From positions 1 to 64,000 of IMG/VR virus record IMGVR_UViG_3300026493_000016: a DNA stretch of 64,000 nucleotides, one strand, 5' to 3'. Source of the DNA: a virus. Shown here piece after piece: positions 28,159 to 38,274 of the stretch (its first letter is position 1; each line of letters starts with the position of its first letter). A program made the translations under genes and the position numbers. Below the pieces are notes generated by a model, which saw only the letters and a list, made by a program, of their open reading frames with translations, had not been told where the DNA came from and made no database searches.

Positions 28159-28588
28159 AATTGTCGATACGACTATGGCGGATGAGTTTATTGAAGGTAA
28201 ACTAACTAAAAAAGGTAATATAAAATTAACGATTATCGGTCGAGAACAGAGTGTACATGATGATAACATTACATTTAAATTAAAGTTCACTAATGAATAT
28301 GCAACTAGATTTGCAAGATTACTCGAGCATATAGCGTTTGGTAAAGTTAGTGAAGATATTATGAACAGGAACACGTTTAACTTCATCAATGTCCGTACAG
28401 GTAGTCAAGTTAAGTTTAAGACACATGTATCTATGACAGGAGATACGATAATGGTTAGTGTTGTTGAGGAAGATGAGGGTGTAACTAAAATAGTAACATT
28501 GTCGATTACGCGAGAAGATGCGAAAGCGGCGGTAAATGCCATCGATGCGAAAGCGGATGAATTATTAAAAAGAAGATACAGACAATAG
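28151..28588 (+). CDS. Expanded paralog family member
   Basis: 145 aa. Confidence 0.75.
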   Translation: MFKIVDTTMADEFIEGKLTKKGNIKLTIIGREQSVHDDNITFKLKFTNEYATRFARLLEHIAFGKVSEDIMNRNTFNFINVRTGSQVKFKTHVSMTGDTIMVSVVEEDEGVTKIVTLSITREDAKAAVNAIDAKADELLKRRYRQ

Positions 28589-28599
28589 GAGGAGCTATA

Positions 28600-29043
28600 A
28601 TGGATAAGTTAATAACAGTTATTTCTGATGGTAAGTATGGCGCAGATAAGGATAAACTAAATGTAGAGTATTATCATAACAACGAAAGGGTAACGTTTTC
28701 TGTGATTGAGGATATTGGAAACATACAGCCTTATGAAAAGAGTACTAAACTGAACCATAACCAGTTAGAAAAGTTCATCTATAAGTTGACAAAAACAACA
28801 GAAAAGTTTAGAGAGAAACTAGAAGATTATACACAAGAAAGTGGTACTATCTCTGTAAAAGAAAGATTTGTTAAGAAGAGTAGTAGAGCGTCATTGTCTG
28901 TATGGGGTAGTGGAGGAGAAATTGGTATAGCGGTAAATCCAGATAATGCGACATGTGCTGTTATGTTCATGACAGTAGACAAGGCAGAAAATTTAACAAT
29001 GCAGCTAATCGAATTAACAGAACTATTAGAAGGAGGAAATTAA
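28600..29043 (+). CDS. Expanded paralog family member
   Basis: 147 aa; IGIAVNP similar to IGIAITP in 33267-33638. Confidence 0.75.
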   Translation: MDKLITVISDGKYGADKDKLNVEYYHNNERVTFSVIEDIGNIQPYEKSTKLNHNQLEKFIYKLTKTTEKFREKLEDYTQESGTISVKERFVKKSSRASLSVWGSGGEIGIAVNPDNATCAVMFMTVDKAENLTMQLIELTELLEGGN

Positions 29044-29044
29044 T

Positions 29045-29401
29045 ATGTTTATTATTCGCGATGTAGATTATAATGATTCATACTTGAGAGTTGACCTAGC
29101 ACTAACGGGAATTGAGTTTAAGTTTGTGGATGGACCAGAAGAGGATGATGAGCTAACGGTAATCCTAAATAAAAAGCAGTTACGACGAGTAGTAGATATT
29201 TTAGAAGGTCGGACCACTAAATCAGTTGGAAACTATGTAAAACTACCTCAAATTAGCGAAAGAGAGGAACTGGATGTGTGCAACCTACGTTCATTTGAAC
29301 AGCATATGTTAACATTAGAAAGGGCAGCGCTAGGTGTAACATTCACTCCCGAAGATAAAGATTTACTAGTGTCATACATTAATCATTATCTGGAGCAGTA
29401 A
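29045..29401 (+). CDS. Expanded paralog family member
   Basis: 118 aa. Confidence 0.75.
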   Translation: MFIIRDVDYNDSYLRVDLALTGIEFKFVDGPEEDDELTVILNKKQLRRVVDILEGRTTKSVGNYVKLPQISEREELDVCNLRSFEQHMLTLERAALGVTFTPEDKDLLVSYINHYLEQ

Positions 29402-29402
29402 T

Positions 29403-29618
29403 ATGAGTATAACTAGGTACGACCATGACGATAAAGGAGAGACTATTAAATGTCTATTCTTCGATACAAAAAGATATAGATTATTATTTGCATTATCAGA
29501 AACACTATGGTATACTAAAATTATAGATTTGAAGAGGTATCATTACATCGAGTATAACAGACAGAGAAAAGAGCTCTTCATATTTAAATTAGCGATTAGA
29601 TGGGGGAGAAATAAATGA
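29403..29618 (+). CDS. Hypothetical protein
   Basis: 71 aa. Confidence 0.6.
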   Translation: MSITRYDHDDKGETIKCLFFDTKRYRLLFALSETLWYTKIIDLKRYHYIEYNRQRKELFIFKLAIRWGRNK

Positions 29619-30064
29619 TTAAGAGTTTTGATTTTAATAGTGACAGTGAGAATATTTTCGCAACCATGCACCTACGACTAACAGATAAAGGTAAGTTTAA
29701 GTTAACGATTAGAGAGTATGAAACAGAGGGTAAAACAGGTAATAATAGAAAACAAACAGCTGTGTTAGATGTAGCCGAAACTCATAGACTTCTAAACAAC
29801 TTAGAAAAGAAATTAAACGAGTACGCTCACCGTGCATCGACAATGACTATTACTAGAGAGTACTACTCATCAAATTATCTAGAGGGCGTATCAACTTGGA
29901 TGCTAGAGGATAAAAGTTTGTTCGGTATGGCAACGTTAGACCCAGTAGACATCCACAATGTAGCATTCTTCAAACTTAGAAAATTCCAAGAGGTAATCGA
30001 TGCAGTTAAAATCATCGCAAAACGTCAGGAGGAGATGTCACGTGCCAAGACACTCAAGGAATAG
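29615..30064 (+). CDS. Expanded paralog family member
   Basis: 149 aa; LTDKGKFKLTIRE similar to LTKKGNIKLTIIG in 28151. Confidence 0.75.
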   Translation: MIKSFDFNSDSENIFATMHLRLTDKGKFKLTIREYETEGKTGNNRKQTAVLDVAETHRLLNNLEKKLNEYAHRASTMTITREYYSSNYLEGVSTWMLEDKSLFGMATLDPVDIHNVAFFKLRKFQEVIDAVKIIAKRQEEMSRAKTLKE

Positions 30065-30410
30065 ACAGTTACGTAAGATTCACTCCATTATGGCTACTGT
30101 AGGCGGTACACTAGAGATTAGACATAACATAGAGGGTGTATATTTTATGGATATGGATGAATCGTATGTGGAGATGCCATACGTGCAAACCACACATAGA
30201 GAAGTACGTAAGCCGAATTATCGTATAAGAAACACAAAACGATACAAGATGGACAAGTTAGGAAACGTTCTACGAACTCCTAAGTCTACGTATCTATTCG
30301 GGGAGGTTTACTTTAGAAAGGATATGCGTGTCATCTTCTTCAACAAACAGCAACCAGATGCACACAAAGTAGATATGTTAGATTACAAGACTGGAGAGGA
30401 TGTAGTATGA
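30042..30410 (+). CDS. MTRH-family basic protein (GTG start, MPRHSRNRQLRK)
   Basis: AGGAGGAG RBS upstream of GTG at 30042. Confidence 0.7.
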   Translation: MPRHSRNRQLRKIHSIMATVGGTLEIRHNIEGVYFMDMDESYVEMPYVQTTHREVRKPNYRIRNTKRYKMDKLGNVLRTPKSTYLFGEVYFRKDMRVIFFNKQQPDAHKVDMLDYKTGEDVV

Positions 30411-30814
30411 ACGCGATAGACTGTAATGGTCGTAATAATGAACTATATACTAGGCAGACTAAGAAATTAAAAACACGAATAGAGCTTACTTCGGTTAATA
30501 GAGGATTATCACTATCTGTTAAACTTAATCCTAAACAGATTGCTACAGTGATAAGTTTTATAGAATCGACAAAGGTTAGAGCAGATAGCAGTACACAAGA
30601 CAGCAAAATATTTCAAAATATAGGAAAGAAAAGAATCATTTTTACTTCTTTAGCAGGTACAAGGAATTTAGAGATTACTATAAATAGTTATAGGAACATC
30701 GGAGAGATTCCACAACATTTCTTGACTGTACGATTAGATGATGCCGCCGCCAATGTACTTCTATCAACGTTATACGCAACTTACTACAAAGCATTGCAGC
30801 AAGGTAAACTATGA
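30407..30814 (+). CDS. Hypothetical protein (possible paralog family member)
   Basis: 135 aa. Confidence 0.7.
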   Translation: MNAIDCNGRNNELYTRQTKKLKTRIELTSVNRGLSLSVKLNPKQIATVISFIESTKVRADSSTQDSKIFQNIGKKRIIFTSLAGTRNLEITINSYRNIGEIPQHFLTVRLDDAAANVLLSTLYATYYKALQQGKL

Positions 30815-31005
30815 TTACGGTAGCTATCACTCTACTAATAATCGTAGGTGTGGTAATGATTGTTCTGGGATGCTTATTTAAAAGTGACAAGTTGTCCCAG
30901 ACATCCGCTATAGCTGCGGTAGGATTCGGTCTAATCATATCGTGTTGGTCTATGTTTCTGGTACTAATGGTACTTATCTTTATTCTAGGAGGAGATATAA
31001 AGTGA
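30811..31005 (+). CDS. Small membrane protein
   Basis: Two TM helices. Confidence 0.65.
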   Translation: MITVAITLLIIVGVVMIVLGCLFKSDKLSQTSAIAAVGFGLIISCWSMFLVLMVLIFILGGDIK

Positions 31006-31211
31006 ACTTCGAAGTAGGTTGGATATCTCTAGTTAATAATACGATAATGTCTCTATTCTTTTTATTCTGTATTGTAATTACATTCGACGAGGTAAGGTAT
31101 TCACGATTCGATACGAAAAAAGATAAGTTTATAGGTGTTGTGGTTCTATTAGTACTAACGGTGTTATTCTTATGGACGTTAAAAGCAATAGGGAAGGGGC
31201 TTGGACTATGA
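31002..31211 (+). CDS. Small membrane protein
   Basis: GTG start after AGGAGG; two TM helices. Confidence 0.6.
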   Translation: MNFEVGWISLVNNTIMSLFFLFCIVITFDEVRYSRFDTKKDKFIGVVVLLVLTVLFLWTLKAIGKGLGL

Positions 31212-31486
31212 GTCAATTATCAACAATAGATGCAACAATGGTATTCTTTCTAACATGGGCGCAAGGATTATCGTATATGGTATGTGCGTTCATGTTATGT
31301 AAGGGGCTTTACACGACGATACAGAAGCTTTGCGAGAGACGTAGTCTAATTAGTCGAGCTGGATGGTGCATTCTATTAATAGTCATCCCAGCGCTATTAG
31401 GCTCCACACTATGGTTGTGGTGGGAATTCTTAGGGATGAGTGCAGCCGACATGATTCAACTATATCAAAATCATAAAACTTCCTAA
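31208..31486 (+). CDS. Membrane protein
   Basis: Start MSQLST; two TM helices. Confidence 0.6.
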   Translation: MSQLSTIDATMVFFLTWAQGLSYMVCAFMLCKGLYTTIQKLCERRSLISRAGWCILLIVIPALLGSTLWLWWEFLGMSAADMIQLYQNHKTS

Positions 31487-31500
31487 CGGGAGTTTTTTTT
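31475..31500 (+). terminator. Rho-independent terminator
   Basis: AAAACTTCC-TAAC-GGGAGTTTT followed by a T run. Confidence 0.8.
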
Positions 31501-31511
31501 GTAGAAAAGTG

Positions 31512-31540
31512 TTGCAATTATAAAACTAGAATGGTATACT
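31512..31540 (+). promoter_or_regulatory. Sigma-A promoter
   Basis: TTGCAA-17 nt-TATACT with TG. Confidence 0.8.
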
Positions 31541-31568
31541 AAGAGTAACTTAAAGGGAGGTAGTAAAT

Positions 31569-31955
31569 ATGAGAAAATGGAAATGTGCACACACAACGTT
31601 AGGAACTAACAACTACGATATTCTTAAAATTAAAGTAAGTAAGAAAGGCAAACTGATTATTGCTATTGGGGAAGAGGAGCATAACAATAAAGAGAAAGTG
31701 AAGATTACACAAGAACAGGCACAAGAACTATCTAGCGGTATGGAAGACGTGTTAGAGCGTAGGCGATGCAATGTAGTCCAAGTTAATGATAACAAAAGTA
31801 TAGATGTGGACATGATTAACTGTCTAGGAACGCCACATTACTGCTTCGGTATCGAATCAGAGTACGACTTCGAATCGGTACATCTCGAGAGGAGTCAATT
31901 CGAACAAGTCTATGAGCAAATCCGACACTTCGGTATGGAAGGAGAGTTACTATGA
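31569..31955 (+). CDS. Expanded paralog family member (CAH subtype)
   Basis: KCAH...VSKKGKLII...ESVHL. Confidence 0.75.
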   Translation: MRKWKCAHTTLGTNNYDILKIKVSKKGKLIIAIGEEEHNNKEKVKITQEQAQELSSGMEDVLERRRCNVVQVNDNKSIDVDMINCLGTPHYCFGIESEYDFESVHLERSQFEQVYEQIRHFGMEGELL

Positions 31956-32377
31956 TAGGAGTTAAAAAGATGTATCCATGCGCACATAACGAGGATTTAT
32001 ACGGAGCGCAAGAATTTATGACAATTGGCGTTAACAAGAAAGGTAAATTAGTATTAATTCATACAGAGCGTGATTCAACAGAGGAAGTTACAGTTAAGCT
32101 GCCAATTAAGAAAGCGGTAGAGTTCCGGAATCAACTTCGTAAGGCTGTTAACGAGAAAGACGACCGTCACTTCGAACTTGAGCATAAGAAGTATTATGTA
32201 TCTGTTGAACGAGCAGATTGCACGGGTAAGGAAATTCATATAGTCATACTTTTAGAGGTTGACAAAGATGAGGTCGTTACGGTGCACTTAGCACAAGCAA
32301 ACGCAGAGAGTTTCCTAGCAGCTGTAGAACAAATCATAGAACATGGAACTTTAGAGTTCCAGCCCGTAAACCGATAA
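31952..32377 (+). CDS. Expanded paralog family member (CAH subtype)
   Basis: PCAH...VNKKGKLVL...VTVHL. Confidence 0.75.
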   Translation: MIGVKKMYPCAHNEDLYGAQEFMTIGVNKKGKLVLIHTERDSTEEVTVKLPIKKAVEFRNQLRKAVNEKDDRHFELEHKKYYVSVERADCTGKEIHIVILLEVDKDEVVTVHLAQANAESFLAAVEQIIEHGTLEFQPVNR

Positions 32378-32415
32378 GACGAAATTTATAAACCATATTT
32401 TAGGAGGAGGATACT

Positions 32416-32814
32416 ATGTTTAAACTTAGACCGAAAATTAAATTCCCTTGCTTTTATAACGACCGAGCGTTCGACCAGAAAGACTTCCTTATCGTAAAGG
32501 AAACTAAGACTGGGATTAAATTTACCATACAGGACAAGCTAAACGGAGTAGAAGTAGCAATCAATGTTCCTCTACTAAACGCGATGGAGATACGAACAGC
32601 AATTAGTTCAGCTATGATAGGAACGATAGACGAACGTTTCGACATCAACCATAACATAGGTATATGGGTGCGTGACACTCGCGCGTATAACACGCCGCTA
32701 GTATCCCTACTATTAGCAGGACTTAATGACTCCGAGAGTATCTGCATCACAACTAAGCAAGCATTGCAGATAAACAACTTTATCAAGGAGGCGTATAACA
32801 ATGGAATGGCGTAA
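32416..32814 (+). CDS. Expanded paralog family member
   Basis: KFPCFYND...DFLIV. Confidence 0.75.
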   Translation: MFKLRPKIKFPCFYNDRAFDQKDFLIVKETKTGIKFTIQDKLNGVEVAINVPLLNAMEIRTAISSAMIGTIDERFDINHNIGIWVRDTRAYNTPLVSLLLAGLNDSESICITTKQALQINNFIKEAYNNGMA

Positions 32815-32889
32815 TTGGAAACCGCGCTTCTACAATGGACAAGATGTATACATTATTACTTGGTTCGGTTATGAGTTGGTGATTTCTAA

Positions 32890-33093
32890 ATGATTCTATT
32901 AGGGCAGATATTCTTTGTTGTATTTGCATGCTTCGGGTGGTACGCAATATCATGCACGGTAGCCTTCTTGTTTATGTATCTGATGAACGCCTTCCAAGGT
33001 ATGGGTTCTACCGTAATTGAAGATAATGATATTGCAGTCGGTGGTTTTATCATTTGGATTCTATCAGCAGTAATTTTATGCTTTACAATTTAA
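32890..33093 (+). CDS. Small membrane protein
   Basis: Two TM helices. Confidence 0.6.
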   Translation: MILLGQIFFVVFACFGWYAISCTVAFLFMYLMNAFQGMGSTVIEDNDIAVGGFIIWILSAVILCFTI

Positions 33094-33266
33094 TAGAGGG
33101 GTGTTATAATGACTATAGGAGAGTTAAAGAGTTATATAAAGGACATGGATGACAAGCTAGACTTTATGGCATTCGACCATAAGACAGGAAAGTATACGTC
33201 ATTCTCGTTAGTTAAAGAGGATTATAGTTTAGATATCGAAGTAAATATACTAGAGGAGGAACAATA

Positions 33267-33638
33267 ATGTTAACAATTAATACGCATAGAGATAACGCTT
33301 ATAGTGACACAGTCATTATCACAACGGAAAGAGACAACGGTAGTACGGTTTATGGAGTGACAATCATCGAAAGTCGTACGAAAGACATCCAGTACGTGCA
33401 GCGAACGATATTAAACGAAGGACAGATGCTTAAGTTAAAGTATAACATTGCACAGATGCTAGATGGTAAGGTTAAGCCAGAGACAGAACTGTATGCAACT
33501 AGACAAGACAGAAGTAGAGCAGTATCAGTTATTAATTCAACTACAGACCGTATCGGTATCGCGATTACGCCACGTCATGCATTAAGCGCAGTTACATTTA
33601 TGTCGCATGCACAAGCAACGGAATTATTAGAATACTAG
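33267..33638 (+). CDS. Expanded paralog family member
   Basis: 123 aa, similar to 28600-29043. Confidence 0.75.
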   Translation: MLTINTHRDNAYSDTVIITTERDNGSTVYGVTIIESRTKDIQYVQRTILNEGQMLKLKYNIAQMLDGKVKPETELYATRQDRSRAVSVINSTTDRIGIAITPRHALSAVTFMSHAQATELLEY

Positions 33639-33805
33639 GAGGGTTAATATGAGTATCCGTAAAATGATGATTGAGTTTTGTTATATGAAGATGAGAGAAC
33701 TTGGTGACGAGTATGTAGTAGGGTTTGAAGAAGTTAGTACAGCAGAGTTATGCAGCATGTATAATCGATACAAACAAAATAAGCGACTAGGGTGGGTGTG
33801 GTAGT

Positions 33806-34132
33806 ATGACGAGACATACACGCAACAGACAAAGACGTCTAGCAGCAGAAATGGAGACAGGTTTAAATCATGATTTCTTTATGAAGGATAAGAACCTCAC
33901 TATCGCTAGATATAGAAACGCATTAACTGGTAGGGAACTGGATGTAACATTCACATGGGTTCGAACAAAACGACACAACTTCGTATATGATGAGGTTAAC
34001 GGTATTACAGAGTATCTTGTAGACAAAAATGTAATCTCGTGGGTATCACAAAAAGGTGGACAACTATTTAAAAGTAATATGAATCCTAAAGGAAGCAGTA
34101 TCATGACATATCAAGTCAAGAAGGTGGTGTGA
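33806..34132 (+). CDS. MTRHTRNRQ-family protein
   Basis: 108 aa. Confidence 0.75.
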   Translation: MTRHTRNRQRRLAAEMETGLNHDFFMKDKNLTIARYRNALTGRELDVTFTWVRTKRHNFVYDEVNGITEYLVDKNVISWVSQKGGQLFKSNMNPKGSSIMTYQVKKVV

Positions 34133-34326
34133 TGAAGGATTATCTAGACATTAAAGAAGAAGTATTAGTTGACAAGATAGCTGCTGTAAAAGAACAAATG
34201 GATTTATGTACTGACAAAGATGTTAGGGCTCACTTAATAGAAATCAGAGCGAAACATCTTAAGGAGTTATATAGGCTTATAGAAAGAAAGGAGAGATATC
34301 TACGCTATGGAGGTAGTTCACGTTAA
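34129..34326 (+). CDS. Hypothetical helical protein
   Basis: 65 aa. Confidence 0.65.
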   Translation: MMKDYLDIKEEVLVDKIAAVKEQMDLCTDKDVRAHLIEIRAKHLKELYRLIERKERYLRYGGSSR

Positions 34327-34546
34327 AGATGTAATACTAGGTCAGTTCGAAGCAGGAGCAACATATGACATTCGTGTGCAAGACGAAAAGACAGGTAAAA
34401 TGGAAGACTTATTAGACGTGCTTGTACATCAGGTGTGTGAAGATTATCTCGTTATCCAAGAAGTTACAGGTGAGACAAAGAACCTATACTGGGTAGTGAT
34501 TATTATGTTCATCTATAAAGGAGTGAATTCTGGTGTCGTTCATTAA
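34307..34546 (+). CDS. Hypothetical protein (Sm-like)
   Basis: 79 aa. Confidence 0.6.
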   Translation: MEVVHVKDVILGQFEAGATYDIRVQDEKTGKMEDLLDVLVHQVCEDYLVIQEVTGETKNLYWVVIIMFIYKGVNSGVVH

Positions 34547-34703
34547 TAAATTAATTTGTGCGTTGTTCGGATGTAAAATGGAACATAAAGGTAGTACTGT
34601 TATGAAAAGGTTTACGATAAGGTACCACGTATGTAAGAGATGTAACTATCGTATGGAAGAAACAATCCACCATGACTTAATGATAGATAATAGGGGGGAT
34701 TAA
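34533..34703 (+). CDS. DUF1660-like protein
   Basis: Manual translation MSFINKLICALFGCK...CKRCN, 56 aa, AAGGAG RBS. Confidence 0.6.
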   Translation: MSFINKLICALFGCKMEHKGSTVMKRFTIRYHVCKRCNYRMEETIHHDLMIDNRGD

Positions 34704-34704
34704 G

Positions 34705-35130
34705 ATGAATCCGGAAGAACAGGAGTATTACGATATAGATGAAAAGAACCGTGTAATACTACGAATTGTAGACGATAGAGAGCTCAACCTAGTAGAAAGA
34801 GGACGACAATTAGGGGAAGCAATAGAGGAATGCGTAGCAAATGGTAGAAGTGAATCTACATTCCTAGAGATATTCGTTAAGGAACTAGCAATCCTTCAAC
34901 ATATACTAGGAAGGTTTGATAATCTCCGAGAGTTAGATACAGAAGGTTACGACATTGTGAACTATATAGACGCGTATCTAAAATGTAATAACGCAGTAGA
35001 CCAGATTAAACACTTAGGTAAACATAGCCTAAACATCTGGAGTGTAGGAGCAGCTTATGAGAAGTTCATCTATGATAAAGGACTAATAGAAGTCTATAAG
35101 TCTATTTTAGAAGAATTTAACAAGATTTAG
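34705..35130 (+). CDS. Hypothetical protein
   Basis: 141 aa. Confidence 0.7.
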   Translation: MNPEEQEYYDIDEKNRVILRIVDDRELNLVERGRQLGEAIEECVANGRSESTFLEIFVKELAILQHILGRFDNLRELDTEGYDIVNYIDAYLKCNNAVDQIKHLGKHSLNIWSVGAAYEKFIYDKGLIEVYKSILEEFNKI

Positions 35131-35182
35131 TTGACTTTTCCATATGAACATAGTATTATAAAGATAACAAGGAGGGGGAACA

Positions 35183-35587
35183 ATGAAAGTAGATGAACTA
35201 GTACTTGCAGATGTGGATTATCCCGAGGAGGCACAGCTAGTTGCGAGAATAGAAGAGGATTACTTGTACATTCTAGCAGAAGACGATAAGAGCATACCTA
35301 GAGAAGGGAATAAAGAGAATAGAGAGTTCTTTATAGGTAAGTTAACAGCACAGAGAATGCACGACCAACTAAAGACCATTAGAGCTCCGTATACAATCAG
35401 GAGACAAATACACACAGACCTAGAAGGGAATGACTTCTACATCTCAATACTAGCTGGTACTCAAGAAGTGTTCCTAGTAGATTACGAGACATATGTAGGA
35501 GCAACAGTTACCTACGAGGATGCAATTAAGTTCCGAGAATACTTGTGGATATTCATTAACAAAGAAGAAATAGGGGTGGAAGTATGA
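35183..35587 (+). CDS. Expanded paralog family member
   Basis: 134 aa; promoter TTGACT-17-TATTAT at 35131-35159. Confidence 0.75.
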   Translation: MKVDELVLADVDYPEEAQLVARIEEDYLYILAEDDKSIPREGNKENREFFIGKLTAQRMHDQLKTIRAPYTIRRQIHTDLEGNDFYISILAGTQEVFLVDYETYVGATVTYEDAIKFREYLWIFINKEEIGVEV

Positions 35588-35970
35588 GATACACACGTAA
35601 CAAGCAAATGGAGAAAGCAACAAAAGGTAAGTTCGGTAGAAGTATCCGCACAGGAGAAAAATTAGGTATCCATAATGTACCTATTGCAAAGTTTAACCTA
35701 ATCGAAATGAACTTGGACAAGTCTTTTAGATGGGAGAGCGGATTTGAAGTAGAATCCGTACACCATAAAGGTAACTATCGTCAACAGAGGACGTTCGGGT
35801 TAGGTAGATTCGGTAAATTTAAACCATTCTACATCTATACGTTTGCACAAGTGTCATTCGAACGAAAAGGTAAATCAGAGAAGACAAGAGTATACGTTTC
35901 GCACCAATCAAACGGAAAAGTAAAAGTAGAGGAAGTAATTGCAGAAAGCTGGTGGAATAATGTACAGTAA
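35584..35970 (+). CDS. MTRH-family variant (MRYTRNKQ)
   Basis: 128 aa, basic. Confidence 0.7.
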   Translation: MRYTRNKQMEKATKGKFGRSIRTGEKLGIHNVPIAKFNLIEMNLDKSFRWESGFEVESVHHKGNYRQQRTFGLGRFGKFKPFYIYTFAQVSFERKGKSEKTRVYVSHQSNGKVKVEEVIAESWWNNVQ

Positions 35971-36364
35971 ACATAAATTCTATTGTCAACATCATAATAG
36001 CCAAGGTGTTCACGACGAGTTAATCAAAGTACACCTTAAGTCAGAGTTTGAAATGGTTGTAAAGTATGAGGATACAGATTGTGAAACTAAATTCAAACTA
36101 GTGTTAGATAAACACCGTGTAGAGCGTTTTATAAAGATGTTAGAAGCAGCATACCAAGGAGAAGATGGTTATGAATCTCCTAGCATTTTAATGGAGGATA
36201 AATACACAGAACTGTGCATCGAAAACCAAGACTGTGCAGCTTCTATGCATCATGTAATATCATTTGAAGACGATTCTCTGTACGAATGTGTACATCTATC
36301 TTCTAGTGACCTATTGTTACTTAGTGTCATTGTAGGTAATCTAAATAGAAAGATGAACTACTAA
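35960..36364 (+). CDS. Expanded paralog family member
   Basis: KFYCQHH...ECVHL, similar to 31569-31955. Confidence 0.75.
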   Translation: MYSKHKFYCQHHNSQGVHDELIKVHLKSEFEMVVKYEDTDCETKFKLVLDKHRVERFIKMLEAAYQGEDGYESPSILMEDKYTELCIENQDCAASMHHVISFEDDSLYECVHLSSSDLLLLSVIVGNLNRKMNY

Positions 36365-36479
36365 TGAAAGAACTATTCGAATTCTATCTGTCACTAGCAG
36401 TTATTATTCTAATTGGGTATGCAGGGATTAACTCTCTTGTATACCTAATATGCGCATATATAGAACGGAGGAACAAAAG

Positions 36480-36689
36480 ATGACTAGACATACTCGTAAC
36501 AGACAATTAAAGAAGATAGGAGTAAAGCACTATAAGTTGAACGTAAGTATACCAGTTAGATGTTACCTAGCTATAGCAGAAGGTGAACTGGACCATACGT
36601 ATAATTACTATGAATACGTACCTAACTTTGTACTACCAGCAAAAGGATTCAAGAACTTCCATAAAACTGCATTGGAGAGATATGAATGA
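36480..36689 (+). CDS. MTRHTRNRQ-family protein
   Basis: GGAGG RBS before ATG at 36480. Confidence 0.7.
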   Translation: MTRHTRNRQLKKIGVKHYKLNVSIPVRCYLAIAEGELDHTYNYYEYVPNFVLPAKGFKNFHKTALERYE

Positions 36690-36967
36690 CTAGACATACA
36701 AGGAATAAACAGTTAAGAGACATTAACAAAGAGATGTACGAGAGCTACGAGATTAACATGAAAATGCCAACTAGTATTATGTTCGAGAAAGGTGCAGGTA
36801 ACATTGATAAAGATTTCATGTGGTTACGTAACCCTAGATGTGAAGTATCAGTTGAACGATGGAAGAAGAAACGATATAAAGAGAAAGATAGATTTAACAT
36901 TCACACGAATATCGAGAACTTAATTTTCTTCGGTAAGAATGGTTTTGTCAAGAGTAAATATAAATAA
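36686..36967 (+). CDS. MTRHTRNKQ-family protein
   Basis: 93 aa. Confidence 0.75.
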   Translation: MTRHTRNKQLRDINKEMYESYEINMKMPTSIMFEKGAGNIDKDFMWLRNPRCEVSVERWKKKRYKEKDRFNIHTNIENLIFFGKNGFVKSKYK

Positions 36968-36979
36968 GGAGTGATTCAC

Positions 36980-37546
36980 ATGACAAGACATACACGTAAT
37001 AGACAAATGGTAGAGGTTAATAGACTTAACCCTAAGAAGAGATTGCATGTAAGACAAGAGATGGGTTTTCTAAACGTGTCCATGAAGTCTGTATACGCAG
37101 AGCCTAAAGTATGGGACCTAGACCCTAACTTCCACGCTGAACGTTTAAACGTAATTCGTATCACGCATCGTAAAGGTGATTTTGCCTACCGTACAAATAA
37201 ACGTATTATCGATAAACATCGTAAGCAAAAGCATAAGGAGATATACGAACAGTTAAATCATGGAGACAAGTATCCGGTATTCGTAGTATATAACGAAGAC
37301 GGTACACCACACTTCCATGCTATGACGTATAGACGTACACTGAAGACAGTATATTATCACACTGTCAAACAACCACACATCTCCGGTAACGGTAATTACT
37401 TTAATAGAATACTAGGAGTCACTAAACGAGGAGAACGTTATTACAGCAGCAAAGACTTACCTAGAGATATGGTAGGACTGTTCGATGAGTGGGGATACAG
37501 ACTAGTGAGAGAGAATAACGATGGTACATTCCATAAAACTTGGTAA
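36980..37546 (+). CDS. MTRHTRNRQ-family protein
   Basis: 188 aa, basic; AAGGAG RBS. Confidence 0.75.
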   Translation: MTRHTRNRQMVEVNRLNPKKRLHVRQEMGFLNVSMKSVYAEPKVWDLDPNFHAERLNVIRITHRKGDFAYRTNKRIIDKHRKQKHKEIYEQLNHGDKYPVFVVYNEDGTPHFHAMTYRRTLKTVYYHTVKQPHISGNGNYFNRILGVTKRGERYYSSKDLPRDMVGLFDEWGYRLVRENNDGTFHKTW

Positions 37547-37629
37547 GAGAGATTACAATGTTACCATAATATGGAAGTACTCCATAACCAACGTTTAAAA
37601 TTTTCTGGAAAATGATAGGGGGTGGGTGA

Positions 37630-37845
37630 ATGGGTGTTATTCTCATTATACTAGGTATAGGACTTTTAGTGTTATGGTATATTGTTAACGACGAGGTAAG
37701 TAAAGCACAGAAAATAAAAGACCAGATAGGATATAACCCTAGTACGTTCGATGAGATGATGAACTTTATATTTGTAATGGTAACTATCATTCTAACAATA
37801 CTATACGGCGTGTGTACGGTGTGTTATGTTATGGGGGTGATATAG
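37630..37845 (+). CDS. Two-TM membrane protein
   Basis: Hydrophobic; first of four similar tandem ORFs. Confidence 0.7.
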   Translation: MGVILIILGIGLLVLWYIVNDEVSKAQKIKDQIGYNPSTFDEMMNFIFVMVTIILTILYGVCTVCYVMGVI

Positions 37846-38049
37846 ATGATAACACTGTATATGATTACTACTTTAATTGTAATGGGGTGGGGTGTTAAAG
37901 TAATCTGGTATATGTGCGAGGATGTTATAACGGACCCAGACCCTCCATCAGATACTCATGTAGCATATATCATTGTTATGGTAGTACTTGTTTCATTTAT
38001 GGAAGTAGGTTTGTCAGGATTACTTGCAATGTTCTGGAGTATGTGGTAA
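37846..38049 (+). CDS. Two-TM membrane protein
   Basis: Hydrophobic. Confidence 0.7.
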   Translation: MITLYMITTLIVMGWGVKVIWYMCEDVITDPDPPSDTHVAYIIVMVVLVSFMEVGLSGLLAMFWSMW

Positions 38050-38082
38050 GATATACTTATAAATAGATATGGGGTAGGTATT

Positions 38083-38274
38083 ATGGGTTTACTGTTTGTT
38101 CTCGTTATGATGGGAGTAGGTATATACTTCCTTAAGTTAGTATGGGATTACGTATCAATATTCGGACTAAAGCTAAACGGAACATCTGTTCTGCTTATTA
38201 TTTTAAGCGTATTAATTTTTTGTCTGGAAATTTTCCTAATATGGGTACTTGCAATTGCTTCTAGAATGTTGTAA
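38083..38274 (+). CDS. Two-TM membrane protein
   Basis: Hydrophobic. Confidence 0.65.
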   Translation: MGLLFVLVMMGVGIYFLKLVWDYVSIFGLKLNGTSVLLIILSVLIFCLEIFLIWVLAIASRML

